Source: a virus
Taxonomy: Duplodnaviria > Heunggongvirae > Uroviricota > Caudoviricetes
IMG/VR virus record: IMGVR_UViG_3300021979_000001
Location: 2,948 to 66,947 of that record
Reading direction: 5' to 3' (one strand)
Length of the DNA stretch: 64,000 bases
Within the stretch, counting starts at the first letter, position 1, and the number at the start of each line of letters is the position of its first letter. This document shows positions 1 to 8,957 of the stretch, piece by piece. The notes under the pieces were generated by a model. That model saw only the letters and a list, made by a program, of their open reading frames with translations. It had not been told where the DNA came from and did no database searches. A program made the position numbers and the translations under genes.

Positions 1-27
1 ATAATATAAATTATAAATTGCAATCAT
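1..27 (-). CDS. Gly-X repeat peptide minigene, 5' end only
   Basis: An ATG at 27 follows the conserved 20-nt spacer. The leader reads MIAIYNLYY and the gene runs off the left edge. Confidence 0.4.
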
Positions 28-47
28 AATTGGTAACAGTTTGTTCG

Positions 48-308
48 TTAATTATAATAACCATCCCCTTCCCCAAAACCATAACCGTGCCCATCCCCAA
101 TACCAGTGCCAATACCAGTGCCAATACCAATATCAATAATAAAACCATGACCATGACCATGACCAAAACCATAACCATGACCATCACTATGACCATCACT
201 ATGCCCATTCCCATGCCCCGAATCATCCGAAAAACCATGACCAAACCCATATGTCTCGTTATTGGTTATTAATGGTATTGAATAATATAAATTATAAGTT
301 GCAACCAT
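48..308 (-). CDS. Gly-X repeat peptide minigene
   Basis: AAAGG SD-like box; leader MVATYNLYYSIPLITNNETYG; 86 aa; GxGx core; tail GDGYYN. Confidence 0.65.
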   Translation of the reverse strand: MVATYNLYYSIPLITNNETYGFGHGFSDDSGHGNGHSDGHSDGHGYGFGHGHGHGFIIDIGIGTGIGTGIGDGHGYGFGEGDGYYN

Positions 309-328
309 AATTGGTAACCTTTTGTTCG

Positions 329-547
329 TTAATTATAATAACCATCTTCATCTACATGACCAGACCCAAAACTAGAGCCAAGACCATATCCATGACCATA
401 ACCATCGCCAGGACCATCACCATTCCCCGAGCCATGACCAGACCCAAAACTAGAGCCATAATCATTACCAAAACCACGACCAAACCCATATGTCTCGTTA
501 TTGGTTATTAATGGTATTGAATAATATAAATTATAAGTTGCGACCAT
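329..547 (-). CDS. Gly-X repeat peptide minigene
   Basis: Uses the internal ATG of track ORF 329..763; leader MVATYNLYYSIPLITNNETYG; 72 aa; tail EDGYYN. Confidence 0.65.
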   Translation of the reverse strand: MVATYNLYYSIPLITNNETYGFGRGFGNDYGSSFGSGHGSGNGDGPGDGYGHGYGLGSSFGSGHVDEDGYYN

Positions 548-575
548 AATTGGTAACCTTTTGTCCTTTTGTCCT

Positions 576-809
576 TTAATCATAACCGTGTCCATAGCCA
601 TGACCATTTCCATTCCCAATCCCATTCCCACTCCCAAGCCCATACCCAAAACCATAACCATCGCTATCCCCATAGCCTTCGCCATAACCATTCCCATGAT
701 TTGAGCCATAACCAGAACCAGAACCAGACACCGTTCCACAATCATACCCATATGTCTCGTCATTGGTTATTAATGGCATCAAATAATATAAATTATATAT
801 TGTAACCAT
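576..809 (-). CDS. Gly-X repeat peptide minigene
   Basis: Leader MVTIYNLYYLMPLITNDETYG; 77 aa; tail GHGYD. Confidence 0.65.
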   Translation of the reverse strand: MVTIYNLYYLMPLITNDETYGYDCGTVSGSGSGYGSNHGNGYGEGYGDSDGYGFGYGLGSGNGIGNGNGHGYGHGYD

Positions 810-829
810 AACGGGTAACCTTTCTTTCT

Positions 830-1006
830 TTAACCATAGCCATCCCCATAATCAAACCCACGATCATACTCATGACACGACCTGGCCCGTCCCAAAACTA
901 GAGCCATATTCATTACCATGACCCGAACCATAACCATCATTAGGTGACGCATATTTAATATAATTTAATTTTATTTTATTTTATTTTATTTTATGTATAT
1001 ATTCAT
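830..1006 (-). pseudogene. Decayed Gly-X minigene (MNIYIK leader)
   Basis: ATG AAT ATA TAC ATA AAA TAA. An (ATTTT)5 expansion inside the leader creates the stop, and a frameshift follows before the GY tail. Confidence 0.5.
968..992. repeat. (ATTTT)5 microsatellite
   Basis: Five perfect pentamer units where intact paralogs have one. The extra 20 nt breaks the reading frame. Confidence 0.8.
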
Positions 1007-1087
1007 GATATGTTGTTCGAGTAAAACCAGAATCACTTATATTATAACTCAACTATTACATTATTGGGTAAAATCGTCTCCATCGAT

Positions 1088-1315
1088 TTAACCAAAACCA
1101 TGACCATAACCAAAACCATTTCCGTAACCGTCACCAACCCCATCACCATAACCATCCCCATAACCATAACCGTCACCATCTCCCTGACTATCCCCATAAC
1201 TATTGCCATAACCAAAACCATAACCTTCGCCATCACCATCGCCAGGACCATCACCATACTCGTCGTCATTGGTTATTAATGGTATCGAATAATATAAATT
1301 ATAAATTGTAACCAT
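1088..1315 (-). CDS. Gly-X repeat peptide minigene
   Basis: Leader MVTIYNLYYSIPLITNDDEYG; 75 aa. Confidence 0.65.
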   Translation of the reverse strand: MVTIYNLYYSIPLITNDDEYGDGPGDGDGEGYGFGYGNSYGDSQGDGDGYGYGDGYGDGVGDGYGNGFGYGHGFG

Positions 1316-1335
1316 AACTGGTAACCTTTTGTTCT

Positions 1336-1557
1336 TTAATAATAACCATCCTCTGATCCACCCCCAAGCCCATCTCCATCACTATCCCCATCCCCATACC
1401 CATAGCCATCTCCATCCCCATAACCATGACCATCGCCATCCCCATAACCATAACCATCCCCAGACCCATAACCCAACACCGTTCCACAATCATGCCCATG
1501 CGTCTCGTCATTGGTTATTAATGGTATCGACGAATATAAAATATAAATTATAACCAT
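1336..1557 (-). CDS. Gly-X repeat peptide minigene
   Basis: Uses Met4 of the track ORF; leader MVIIYILYSSIPLITNDETHG; 73 aa. Confidence 0.6.
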   Translation of the reverse strand: MVIIYILYSSIPLITNDETHGHDCGTVLGYGSGDGYGYGDGDGHGYGDGDGYGYGDGDSDGDGLGGGSEDGYY

Positions 1558-1577
1558 AACTGGCAATCGTTTATCCT

Positions 1578-1847
1578 TTAATCATAACCCGCGCCATTCC
1601 CATGACCATTACCAATACCATGCCCACCGCCATAGCCACCACGCCCATTCCCTAAACCATGCCCATCACTATCCCCATAGCCAAACCCATTCCCATAATA
1701 TGAGACATAACCAGAACCAAAACCATTTCCAGAACCAGAACCATCACCATTCCCAATACCATCACCATTCCCCAAGCCATCACTATCATCATCGCCATCA
1801 TTGTATGAACTGGAATTGATATAATTTAATTTTATGGATATATTCAT
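1578..1847 (-). CDS. Gly-X repeat peptide minigene
   Basis: Leader MNISIKLNYINSSSYNDGDDD; 89 aa; tail GAGYD. Confidence 0.65.
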   Translation of the reverse strand: MNISIKLNYINSSSYNDGDDDSDGLGNGDGIGNGDGSGSGNGFGSGYVSYYGNGFGYGDSDGHGLGNGRGGYGGGHGIGNGHGNGAGYD

Positions 1848-1878
1848 AATTCACGCACCTGGTGAAAAATAAGTTGAA

Positions 1879-2190
<312 letters not shown>

Positions 2191-2220
2191 TAGATGTCGC
2201 TCCGGTAAAAATAAGTTAAA

Positions 2221-2442
2221 TCATTTATAACCATAACCATAACCATCGCCAGAACCATCTCCATTCCTCTCCCCAGAACCATCACCATGACCATCACCAT
2301 AACCAATACCAGAACCATTCCCATAGCCATGACTATAACCAGTCCCATGCACCGAACCATCCGCAAAACCATGACCAAACCCATATGTCTCGTCATTGGT
2401 TATTAATGGTATCGAATAATATAAAATATAAATTGTAACCAT
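2221..2442 (-). CDS. Gly-X repeat peptide minigene
   Basis: Uses Met10 of the track ORF; leader MVTIYILYYSIPLITNDETYG; 73 aa. Confidence 0.65.
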   Translation of the reverse strand: MVTIYILYYSIPLITNDETYGFGHGFADGSVHGTGYSHGYGNGSGIGYGDGHGDGSGERNGDGSGDGYGYGYK

Positions 2443-2622
2443 AACTGATAATCTTTCTTTTTTAATCATAACAATCCCAGCCCCAAAACCATGACCGGAA
2501 CTATCATTATAAACAATACCGGAACCAGAATCATAATCATAATCATAATCACAACCAGAGCCATCATAGCGTGACCAGGATTTGATATAATTTAATTTTA
2601 TTTTATAGAGATAATCAGGATA
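2443..2622 (-). pseudogene. Decayed Gly-X minigene lacking a start codon
   Basis: The leader remnant LYKIKLNYIKSWSRYDG has no ATG, and the frame reads through into the next gene. Confidence 0.4.
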
Positions 2623-2675
2623 TGTTGCTCCGGTAAAAACTGAATAAATTATATTATAATTTAATTATTGCTTTA

Positions 2676-2903
2676 TTAGTAAAACTCCGATCCAGAACCA
2701 TGGCCCTTTCCATATTTCTTACCATATCCAGAACCAGAACCATAATCATACCCACACCCTTCACCATCGGCAGAACCATCGCGATTGCCATCCCCAGTGC
2801 CATACTCATTCCCATTGCCATGTCCATAGCTATATCCATATCCATGAACGGTGTCATGATCAGATATATTGATGTAAAATGACTGGGTTATGGATGATTT
2901 CAT
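2676..2903 (-). CDS. Gly-X repeat peptide minigene
   Basis: ATG after a TTTTACAGGTATGACC box; leader MKSSITQSFYINISDHDTVHG; 75 aa; tail GSGSEFY. Confidence 0.65.
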   Translation of the reverse strand: MKSSITQSFYINISDHDTVHGYGYSYGHGNGNEYGTGDGNRDGSADGEGCGYDYGSGSGYGKKYGKGHGSGSEFY

Positions 2904-2959
2904 GAATGGGTCATACCTGTAAAATGAATTATTCATAATGTAATCCAATTGTTGCATCA

Positions 2960-3163
2960 TTAGCTATGATCACGGCCATAACCATGCCCATCCCCATAAC
3001 CATCACCATCAACATGACCACTCGCATAGCCACGACCATAACCAGAATCAAGACCATCACCATAACCGAAATCACGACCAGAACCAGAACCATTCCCATA
3101 GCCATATGTCTCGTGATTGGTTATTAATGGTATCACATAATATAACTCATATATTGTAACCAT
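2960..3163 (-). CDS. Gly-X repeat peptide minigene
   Basis: Leader MVTIYELYYVIPLITNHETYG; 67 aa; tail GRDHS. Confidence 0.65.
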   Translation of the reverse strand: MVTIYELYYVIPLITNHETYGYGNGSGSGRDFGYGDGLDSGYGRGYASGHVDGDGYGDGHGYGRDHS

Positions 3164-3183
3164 AACGGATGATCTTTCTTTTT

Positions 3184-3381
3184 TTAATTATAGTCCGCGC
3201 CATTCTCATGACCATCACCGCAACCATCACCATAAATATGACCATAACCATGACCATAACCATATCCATGACCATCACCATGACCGAAACCACGACCAGA
3301 ACCAGAACCATTCCCATAGCCATATGTCTCGTGATTGGTTATTAATGGTATCACATAATATAACTCATATATTGTAACCAT
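3184..3381 (-). CDS. Gly-X repeat peptide minigene
   Basis: Leader MVTIYELYYVIPLITNHETYG. Three additional in-frame ATGs at 3393, 3405 and 3417 come from a 12-nt tandem repeat. Confidence 0.6.
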   Translation of the reverse strand: MVTIYELYYVIPLITNHETYGYGNGSGSGRGFGHGDGHGYGYGHGYGHIYGDGCGDGHENGADYN

Positions 3382-3420
3382 ACCTGTAACCATACCTGTA
3401 ACCATACCTGTAACCATACC
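3373..3420. repeat. 12-nt tandem repeat x4 (tgtaaccatacc), each unit carrying a start codon
   Basis: Four perfect units. On the minus strand they read ATGGTTACAGGT x3 followed by ATGGTTACAATA. Confidence 0.85.
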
Positions 3421-3437
3421 TGGTAACCTTTTGTTCG

Positions 3438-3641
3438 TTAATCATAACCCGCGCCATAGCCATGACCATTTCCATTCCCAAGCCCATTACCACTCCCAAG
3501 CCCTTTTCCAAAACAATAACCATCACTATCCCCATAGCCATCCCCATGACCATTCCCATGATTTGAACCATTCCCATAGCCATATGTCTCGTGATTGGTT
3601 ATTAATTGTATCGAATAATATAATTTATAAATTGTAACCAT
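3438..3641 (-). CDS. Gly-X repeat peptide minigene
   Basis: Leader MVTIYKLYYSIQLITNHETYG; 67 aa; tail GAGYD. Confidence 0.65.
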   Translation of the reverse strand: MVTIYKLYYSIQLITNHETYGYGNGSNHGNGHGDGYGDSDGYCFGKGLGSGNGLGNGNGHGYGAGYD

Positions 3642-3661
3642 AACTGGTAACCTTTTGTTTT

Positions 3662-3754
3662 TTAATCATAATCCGCGCCATGACCATTTCCATGGCCTGA
3701 ATTCTCATAGATTGCCCAGGATTTGATATAATTTAATTTTATGGATATATTCAT
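3662..3754 (-). CDS. Short Gly-X minigene (30 aa)
   Basis: Hand-translated as MNISIKLNYIKSWAIYENSGHGNGHGADYD. It falls below the ORF-track cutoff. Confidence 0.4.
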   Translation of the reverse strand: MNISIKLNYIKSWAIYENSGHGNGHGADYD

Positions 3755-3810
3755 AATTCACGCACCGGTAAAAACTGAATCACTTATATTATAATTCAAT
3801 TATTGATTGA

Positions 3811-4068
3811 TTAGTAAAACTCCGATCCAGAACCATGACCCTTTCCATATTTCTTACCATATCCAGAACCAAAACCATGTCCATAACCACAACCCTTGTC
3901 GGAACCGGAACCATTGCCATCATCGTATCCATCCCCAAAACCAGAACCAAAACCATCGCCATGACCATAACCATTTCCAGAACCATAACTGGAACCATAA
4001 CCAGAACCATCAAGTCCATTTCCTGGAAGATCGGATTTGTGATAATGTAACGTTATGGATATATTCAT
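3811..4068 (-). CDS. Gly-X repeat peptide minigene
   Basis: Uses Met20 of the track ORF; leader MNISITLHYHKSDLPGNG; 85 aa; tail GSGSEFY. Confidence 0.6.
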   Translation of the reverse strand: MNISITLHYHKSDLPGNGLDGSGYGSSYGSGNGYGHGDGFGSGFGDGYDDGNGSGSDKGCGYGHGFGSGYGKKYGKGHGSGSEFY

Positions 4069-4127
4069 GGTATGCCACCCCCGGTAAAACAAAGTATTCA
4101 TATTATAATTCACGTATTGCATCATTA

Positions 4128-4280
4128 TTAAAAACCATGACCCTTGTCAGAACTATAACCACAGCCATTATAATATATGCCATCACCATAATCAGAACCC
4201 CTTCCCATTCCCGAACCATAATTAGAATCATGTTCGGTCAGATCAGGATTTAGTTGACTTAATTTTATGGATGTATTCAT
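4128..4280 (-). CDS. Gly-X repeat peptide minigene
   Basis: Uses Met17 of the track ORF; leader MNTSIKLSQLNPDLTEHD; 50 aa. Confidence 0.5.
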   Translation of the reverse strand: MNTSIKLSQLNPDLTEHDSNYGSGMGRGSDYGDGIYYNGCGYSSDKGHGF

Positions 4281-4336
4281 AATTATTATCACACCAGATA
4301 AAAAATAAATCACTATACTATAATTCAATTATTACA

Positions 4337-4564
4337 TCATTTGCTATGGCTCGAACCATGACCATCCCCATCCCCATACCCAGCACCAGCACCAGCACCA
4401 TCGTCATGACCACTACCATTGCCATAACCATCACCATCCCCAGAACCATAACCAAAACCATAACCATTACCATAATGATAAGCAGAACTATAAGCAGAAC
4501 CATCACCATAAACATTATAGGTTTGATCAGGTTCTTGGAAATAGGTTTCAATTGATGTATTCAT
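4337..4564 (-). CDS. Gly-X repeat peptide minigene
   Basis: Leader MNTSIETYFQEPDQTYNVYG; 75 aa; tail GSSHSK. Confidence 0.65.
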   Translation of the reverse strand: MNTSIETYFQEPDQTYNVYGDGSAYSSAYHYGNGYGFGYGSGDGDGYGNGSGHDDGAGAGAGYGDGDGHGSSHSK

Positions 4565-4606
4565 AAGTAGCACACCAGGTAAAAACGAATTATTTATATT
4601 ATAGCA

Positions 4607-4882
4607 TCATTTGCTATGGCTCGCACCATTACCAAAACCATAACATGCTCCATGACCACTACCATGACCACGACCATTGCCATAACCATGACCATTGCCA
4701 TAACCATAACCATGACCATAACCATCCCCACAACCAGAGCCATCCCTAGACCCATCCCCGTCGTCATCCCCATCCCCATCGCTATAACCCTCCCCATCGC
4801 CAGGACCAGAGCCATGACCAAAACCATAAATATTATCGGGTTGATCAGGTTCTTGGAAATAGGTTTCAATCGATGTATTCAT
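4607..4882 (-). CDS. Gly-X repeat peptide minigene
   Basis: Leader MNTSIETYFQEPDQPDNIYG; 91 aa; tail GASHSK. Confidence 0.65.
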   Translation of the reverse strand: MNTSIETYFQEPDQPDNIYGFGHGSGPGDGEGYSDGDGDDDGDGSRDGSGCGDGYGHGYGYGNGHGYGNGRGHGSGHGACYGFGNGASHSK

Positions 4883-4924
4883 AAGTAGCACACCAGGTAA
4901 AAACGAATTATTTATATTATAGCA

Positions 4925-5182
4925 TCATTTGCTATGGCTCGCACCATTACCATCACCATCCCCATCACCATTCCCTCTACCATACTCAATACCAAAACCA
5001 GTCCCAAAACCATGACCATTGCCATAACCATCACCATAACCATCCCCATTACCAGCCCCATCACCATAACCATAACCATAACCATAACCCTCCCCATCGC
5101 CATGACCAGAACCATGTCCATAACCATAAATATTATCGGGTTGATCAGGTTCTTGGAAATATGTTTCAATTGATGTATTCAT
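4925..5182 (-). CDS. Gly-X repeat peptide minigene
   Basis: Leader MNTSIETYFQEPDQPDNIYG; 85 aa; tail GASHSK. Confidence 0.65.
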   Translation of the reverse strand: MNTSIETYFQEPDQPDNIYGYGHGSGHGDGEGYGYGYGYGDGAGNGDGYGDGYGNGHGFGTGFGIEYGRGNGDGDGDGNGASHSK

Positions 5183-5234
5183 AGTAGCACACCAGGTAAA
5201 AATGAATTATTTGTATTATAATTCAAGTATTGCA

Positions 5235-5519
5235 TCATTTTCTAATACCACGATTGCTGCCATATCTTCTGCCATATCCAAACGTATTACTAACCCTAAA
5301 CCCATTACCATTGCCATAACCATCACCAAAACCATGACCATAACCATCTCCCTCCCCATCCCCATCGCCAGAACCATCGGCAGAACCATCGCGATTGCCA
5401 TCCCCATAGCCATCCCCAGAACCATCCCCAGAACCATCCCCAGAACCATCACCATACATAAAATCATCGTTCGTTAGATGGGAATTAACGCAATAATACA
5501 ATTCAATCGAAATATTCAT
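5235..5519 (-). CDS. Gly-X repeat peptide minigene
   Basis: Leader MNISIELYYCVNSHLTNDDFMYG; 94 aa. Confidence 0.65.
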   Translation of the reverse strand: MNISIELYYCVNSHLTNDDFMYGDGSGDGSGDGSGDGYGDGNRDGSADGSGDGDGEGDGYGHGFGDGYGNGNGFRVSNTFGYGRRYGSNRGIRK

Positions 5520-5622
5520 AATTAGCACACCGAGTAAAAATAAGTTAAATCATTTCCAACCACTACCACGACCATGACTAGTAGCCAGAGTTAGAGTCAA
5601 ATCCATATCCATATCCATATCA

Positions 5623-5844
5623 CTATCCATCCCCATCCCCAAACCCATGCGCGGAACCATCCCTATAATCATACCCATAATCATACCCATAATCATACCC
5701 ATACCCAAAACCATACCCATACCCCTCACCATCGGCAGAACCATCGCGATTGCCATCCCCAGAGCCATAGTCATAGTCGTATCCATGATAGGTTTCAGGA
5801 ACATATATATTGATGTAAAACGACTGGTTTATGTATGGTTTCAT
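5623..5844 (-). CDS. Gly-X repeat peptide minigene (truncated relative to paralogs)
   Basis: Leader MKPYINQSFYINIYVPETYHG; 73 aa. TAG TGA is followed by more GY-coding sequence at 5550-5622. Confidence 0.6.
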   Translation of the reverse strand: MKPYINQSFYINIYVPETYHGYDYDYGSGDGNRDGSADGEGYGYGFGYGYDYGYDYGYDYRDGSAHGFGDGDG

Positions 5845-5898
5845 TAATAGGTTACACCTGTAAAAAATAAATCACTATACTATAATTAATTTATTGCA

Positions 5899-6147
5899 TC
5901 ATTTGTTATGGCTCTCACCATTACCAAATCCATAACATGTTCCATTCCCACTACCACGACCACGACCATTGCTATAACCATTACCATTGCCATAGCCATC
6001 ACCAAAACCATGACCATAATCATCTCCCTCCCCATCCCCATCGCCAGAACCATCCCCATCGCCAGGACCAGAGTCATGACCATACATAAAATCATCGTTC
6101 GTTAGATGGGAATTAACACAATAATACAATTCAATCGAAGTATTCAT
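5899..6147 (-). CDS. Gly-X repeat peptide minigene
   Basis: Leader MNTSIELYYCVNSHLTNDDFMYG; 82 aa; tail GESHNK. Confidence 0.65.
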   Translation of the reverse strand: MNTSIELYYCVNSHLTNDDFMYGHDSGPGDGDGSGDGDGEGDDYGHGFGDGYGNGNGYSNGRGRGSGNGTCYGFGNGESHNK

Positions 6148-6177
6148 AATTCGCACACCGGGTAAAAATAAGTTAAA

Positions 6178-6417
6178 TTATCCACACCCATGACCACGAC
6201 CATGACTAGAGCCAGAGTCAGAGCCAAATCCAGAGCCATAGCTATGTCCAACACCAAATCCAAAACCAAACCCACCATGATAGTCAGAACCAGACCCATC
6301 CCCGGAACCATCCCCATCCCCATAACCATGACCATTCCCAGAGCCATATTCGTATCCATGATAGGTTTCAGGAGCATATATATTGATGTAAAATGACTGG
6401 TTTATGTATGGTTTCAT
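6178..6417 (-). CDS. Gly-X repeat peptide minigene
   Basis: Leader MKPYINQSFYINIYAPETYHG; 79 aa; tail GRGHGCG. Confidence 0.65.
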   Translation of the reverse strand: MKPYINQSFYINIYAPETYHGYEYGSGNGHGYGDGDGSGDGSGSDYHGGFGFGFGVGHSYGSGFGSDSGSSHGRGHGCG

Positions 6418-6471
6418 TAATAGGTCACATCTGTAAAAAATAAATCACTATACTATAATTCAATTATTGCA

Positions 6472-6780
6472 TCATTTGCTAATACCACGATTGCTGCCAT
6501 ATCCAAAACCTGCTCCATTACCACTACCATGACCACGGCCATTATCATAACCACGGCCATTACCATAACCATGACCAGAACCAATCCCATTACCATCTCC
6601 ATTGCCACCACCATAACCATGCGCAGAACCATCACCATAATCATACCCATACCCCGAACCATCGGCAGAACCATCGCGATTGCCATCCCCAGAGCCATCC
6701 CCAGAACCATCACCATACATAAAATCATCGTTCGTTAGATGGGAATTAACGCAATAATACGGTTCAATCGAAGTATTCAT
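6472..6780 (-). CDS. Gly-X repeat peptide minigene
   Basis: Leader MNTSIEPYYCVNSHLTNDDFMYG; 102 aa. Confidence 0.65.
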   Translation of the reverse strand: MNTSIEPYYCVNSHLTNDDFMYGDGSGDGSGDGNRDGSADGSGYGYDYGDGSAHGYGGGNGDGNGIGSGHGYGNGRGYDNGRGHGSGNGAGFGYGSNRGISK

Positions 6781-6810
6781 AATTAGCATACCGGGTAAAA
6801 ATAAGTTAAA

Positions 6811-7074
6811 TTATTCACACCCATGACCACGACCATAACCATAACCATAACTATCCTCAAACCCATTCCCATTCCCAAGCCCTCTCCCAAAACCATGACC
6901 TTCACCATTCCCCGAACCATACCCATTCCCAGAACCATCGCCATCGCCACCACTATGACCATCACCAGACCCATCCCCATAACCATGACCATCCCCAGAG
7001 CCATAGTCGTATCCATGATAGGTTTCAGGAATATATATATTGATGTAAAACGATTGGTTTATGTATGGTTTCAT
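6811..7074 (-). CDS. Gly-X repeat peptide minigene
   Basis: Leader MKPYINQSFYINIYIPETYHG; 87 aa; tail GRGHGCE. Confidence 0.65.
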   Translation of the reverse strand: MKPYINQSFYINIYIPETYHGYDYGSGDGHGYGDGSGDGHSGGDGDGSGNGYGSGNGEGHGFGRGLGNGNGFEDSYGYGYGRGHGCE

Positions 7075-7127
7075 TAATAGGTTACACCTGTAAAAAATAA
7101 ATCACTTACTATAATTAATTTATTGCA

Positions 7128-7382
7128 TCATTTGTTATGGCTCGCACCATTACCAAATCCATAACATGCTCCATTACCACTACCACGACCACGACCATTG
7201 CTATAACCATCACCATCACCATCGCCATCACCAAACCCATGACCATAACCATCCCCAGAGCCATCCCCATCGCCAAAACCATCACCATACCCGTCATCAT
7301 CACCATAACCATGACCTGATGTATAATAGATTTCATGATCAGATGGATTGATACCAAAATACTGACTTATGTATGGTTTCAT
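7128..7382 (-). CDS. Gly-X repeat peptide minigene
   Basis: Leader MKPYISQYFGINPSDHEIYYTSG; 84 aa; tail GASHNK. Confidence 0.65.
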   Translation of the reverse strand: MKPYISQYFGINPSDHEIYYTSGHGYGDDDGYGDGFGDGDGSGDGYGHGFGDGDGDGDGYSNGRGRGSGNGACYGFGNGASHNK

Positions 7383-7436
7383 TAATAGGTCACACATGTA
7401 AAAAATAAATCACTATACTATAATTCATTTATTGCA

Positions 7437-7691
7437 TCATTTGTTATGGCTCTCACCATTACCAAATCCATAACATGCTCCATTACCACTACCATGACTA
7501 CCACCAGAAACATAACCATAACCATGACCATAACCATCCCCACAACCAGAGCCATCCCTATCCCCATCCCCAAAACCATACCCATAACCATCACCATACC
7601 CGTCATCATCACCATAACCATGACCTGATGTATAATAGATTTCATGATCAGATGGATTGATACCAAAATACTGACTTATGTATGGTTTCAT
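7437..7691 (-). CDS. Gly-X repeat peptide minigene
   Basis: Leader MKPYISQYFGINPSDHEIYYTSG; 84 aa; tail GESHNK. Confidence 0.65.
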   Translation of the reverse strand: MKPYISQYFGINPSDHEIYYTSGHGYGDDDGYGDGYGYGFGDGDRDGSGCGDGYGHGYGYVSGGSHGSGNGACYGFGNGESHNK

Positions 7692-7763
7692 TAATAGGTC
7701 ACTCATGTAAAAAATAAATCACTCATAATATTATTCAATTGTTGCGTTATTAATGAAAAATCA

Positions 7764-7883
7764 TCAATGACCCTTTCTATCCGCATCACCATAACCATTG
7801 CCATAGTTTGAGTCAAAACCAGAAACATTTTCAGATATATCATGATCATGGTAGTGGTAATACAATTCAATCGATATGTTCAT
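7764..7883 (-). CDS. Short Gly-X minigene (39 aa)
   Basis: Hand-translated as MNISIELYYHYHDHDISENVSGFDSNYGNGYGDADRKGH. Confidence 0.4.
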   Translation of the reverse strand: MNISIELYYHYHDHDISENVSGFDSNYGNGYGDADRKGH

Positions 7884-7943
7884 AATAGGCCACTGCCAAT
7901 AATATAATAAAATAAACCATTACTATTTCAATTGGTGGAACCA

Positions 7944-8144
7944 CTAACCTTCGCGACCATGACCTCTGCCTCGGCCCCTTCCAGTTTCATAACCAGGCCC
8001 ATCCCCGGAGCCAAGACCATACTCAAATCCAAGCCAGTTACCATCACCATCGCCATAACCATTGCCCTGCTCGCCACCACTCACGAAATCCACGTTCGTT
8101 AGATGGGAATTAACGCAATAATACAATTCAATTGATGTATTCAT
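7944..8144 (-). CDS. Gly-X repeat peptide minigene
   Basis: Leader MNTSIELYYCVNSHLTNVDFVSG; 66 aa. Confidence 0.6.
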   Translation of the reverse strand: MNTSIELYYCVNSHLTNVDFVSGGEQGNGYGDGDGNWLGFEYGLGSGDGPGYETGRGRGRGHGREG

Positions 8145-8201
8145 AATTAACACACCAGGTAAAAAACAAAGTATTCATCTTATAATTCAATTATTGCCTC
8201 A

Positions 8202-8459
8202 TTAACCATACCCGGAGCCATTTACATACCCATCCCCATATCCCTCGCCAATCCCAAATCCACCCCCCGCACCATCCCCTTCCAAATAGCCGTTTCCATA
8301 ACCGTAACCATAGCCATCGTCATACCTAATAATACCTGAACCATTACCAGAACCATCACCATAACCAGCCTCATAACCATACGTAAAACCGAAACCGGAA
8401 TCATAATCATATTTGTGACAATCTGTTTCGTGATAATTTAATTTTATAGATGAACTCAT
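8202..8459 (-). CDS. Gly-X repeat peptide minigene
   Basis: Uses Met7 of the track ORF; leader MSSSIKLNYHETDCHKYDYDSG; 85 aa. Confidence 0.6.
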   Translation of the reverse strand: MSSSIKLNYHETDCHKYDYDSGFGFTYGYEAGYGDGSGNGSGIIRYDDGYGYGYGNGYLEGDGAGGGFGIGEGYGDGYVNGSGYG

Positions 8460-8520
8460 GATAGGACATACATGCAAAAATAAACCATTACTAATTCAAT
8501 TGTTGTGCTATTAACTACGA

Positions 8521-8763
8521 TCATGCACCCCCCTGACTATATCCATCGCCATACCCATAACCAAAAACTTTACCATCATTATCCCCATACCCATTACCAT
8601 AGCCAGAGCCATCCGCATCATCATCATCATCATTGGTAATATACCAAGCATTATTAATATTATATCCCGAACCATGACCATAACCAAAACCATCCCCTTC
8701 TATATAACCAGTTTTATTATTTTCAGATTCGATATAAAAAGATTGTTTTATCGATACTGGCAT
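8521..8763 (-). CDS. Gly-X repeat peptide minigene
   Basis: Uses Met6 of the track ORF; leader MPVSIKQSFYIESENNKTG; 80 aa. Confidence 0.55.
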   Translation of the reverse strand: MPVSIKQSFYIESENNKTGYIEGDGFGYGHGSGYNINNAWYITNDDDDDADGSGYGNGYGDNDGKVFGYGYGDGYSQGGA

Positions 8764-8813
8764 GCTAAATCCCATCAAGTAATAAAAAAGGTGTTACGTA
8801 ACTACGATTATAT

Positions 8814-8918
8814 TTAAAACACTGCGCCATCGCCATTACCATGACCATCACCGAGTGCATAATCGGGTTTATGATAATCTGTATTAATGTAAAACAACTG
8901 GTTTATGTATATGGTCAT
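8814..8918 (-). CDS. Short Gly-X minigene (34 aa)
   Basis: Hand-translated as MTIYINQLFYINTDYHKPDYALGDGHGNGDGAVF. Confidence 0.4.
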   Translation of the reverse strand: MTIYINQLFYINTDYHKPDYALGDGHGNGDGAVF

Positions 8919-8957
8919 GAATAGGCCACACCTGTGAAAATCAAACCACTAATATTA

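Larger units (their letters stand above)
5235..7074 (-). repeat. Two-gene cassette (MKPYINQSFY type + MNTSIELYYCVNSH type) repeated three times
   Basis: The two leader types alternate, with near-identical leaders and intergenic boxes. The cores differ by indels. Confidence 0.8.
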
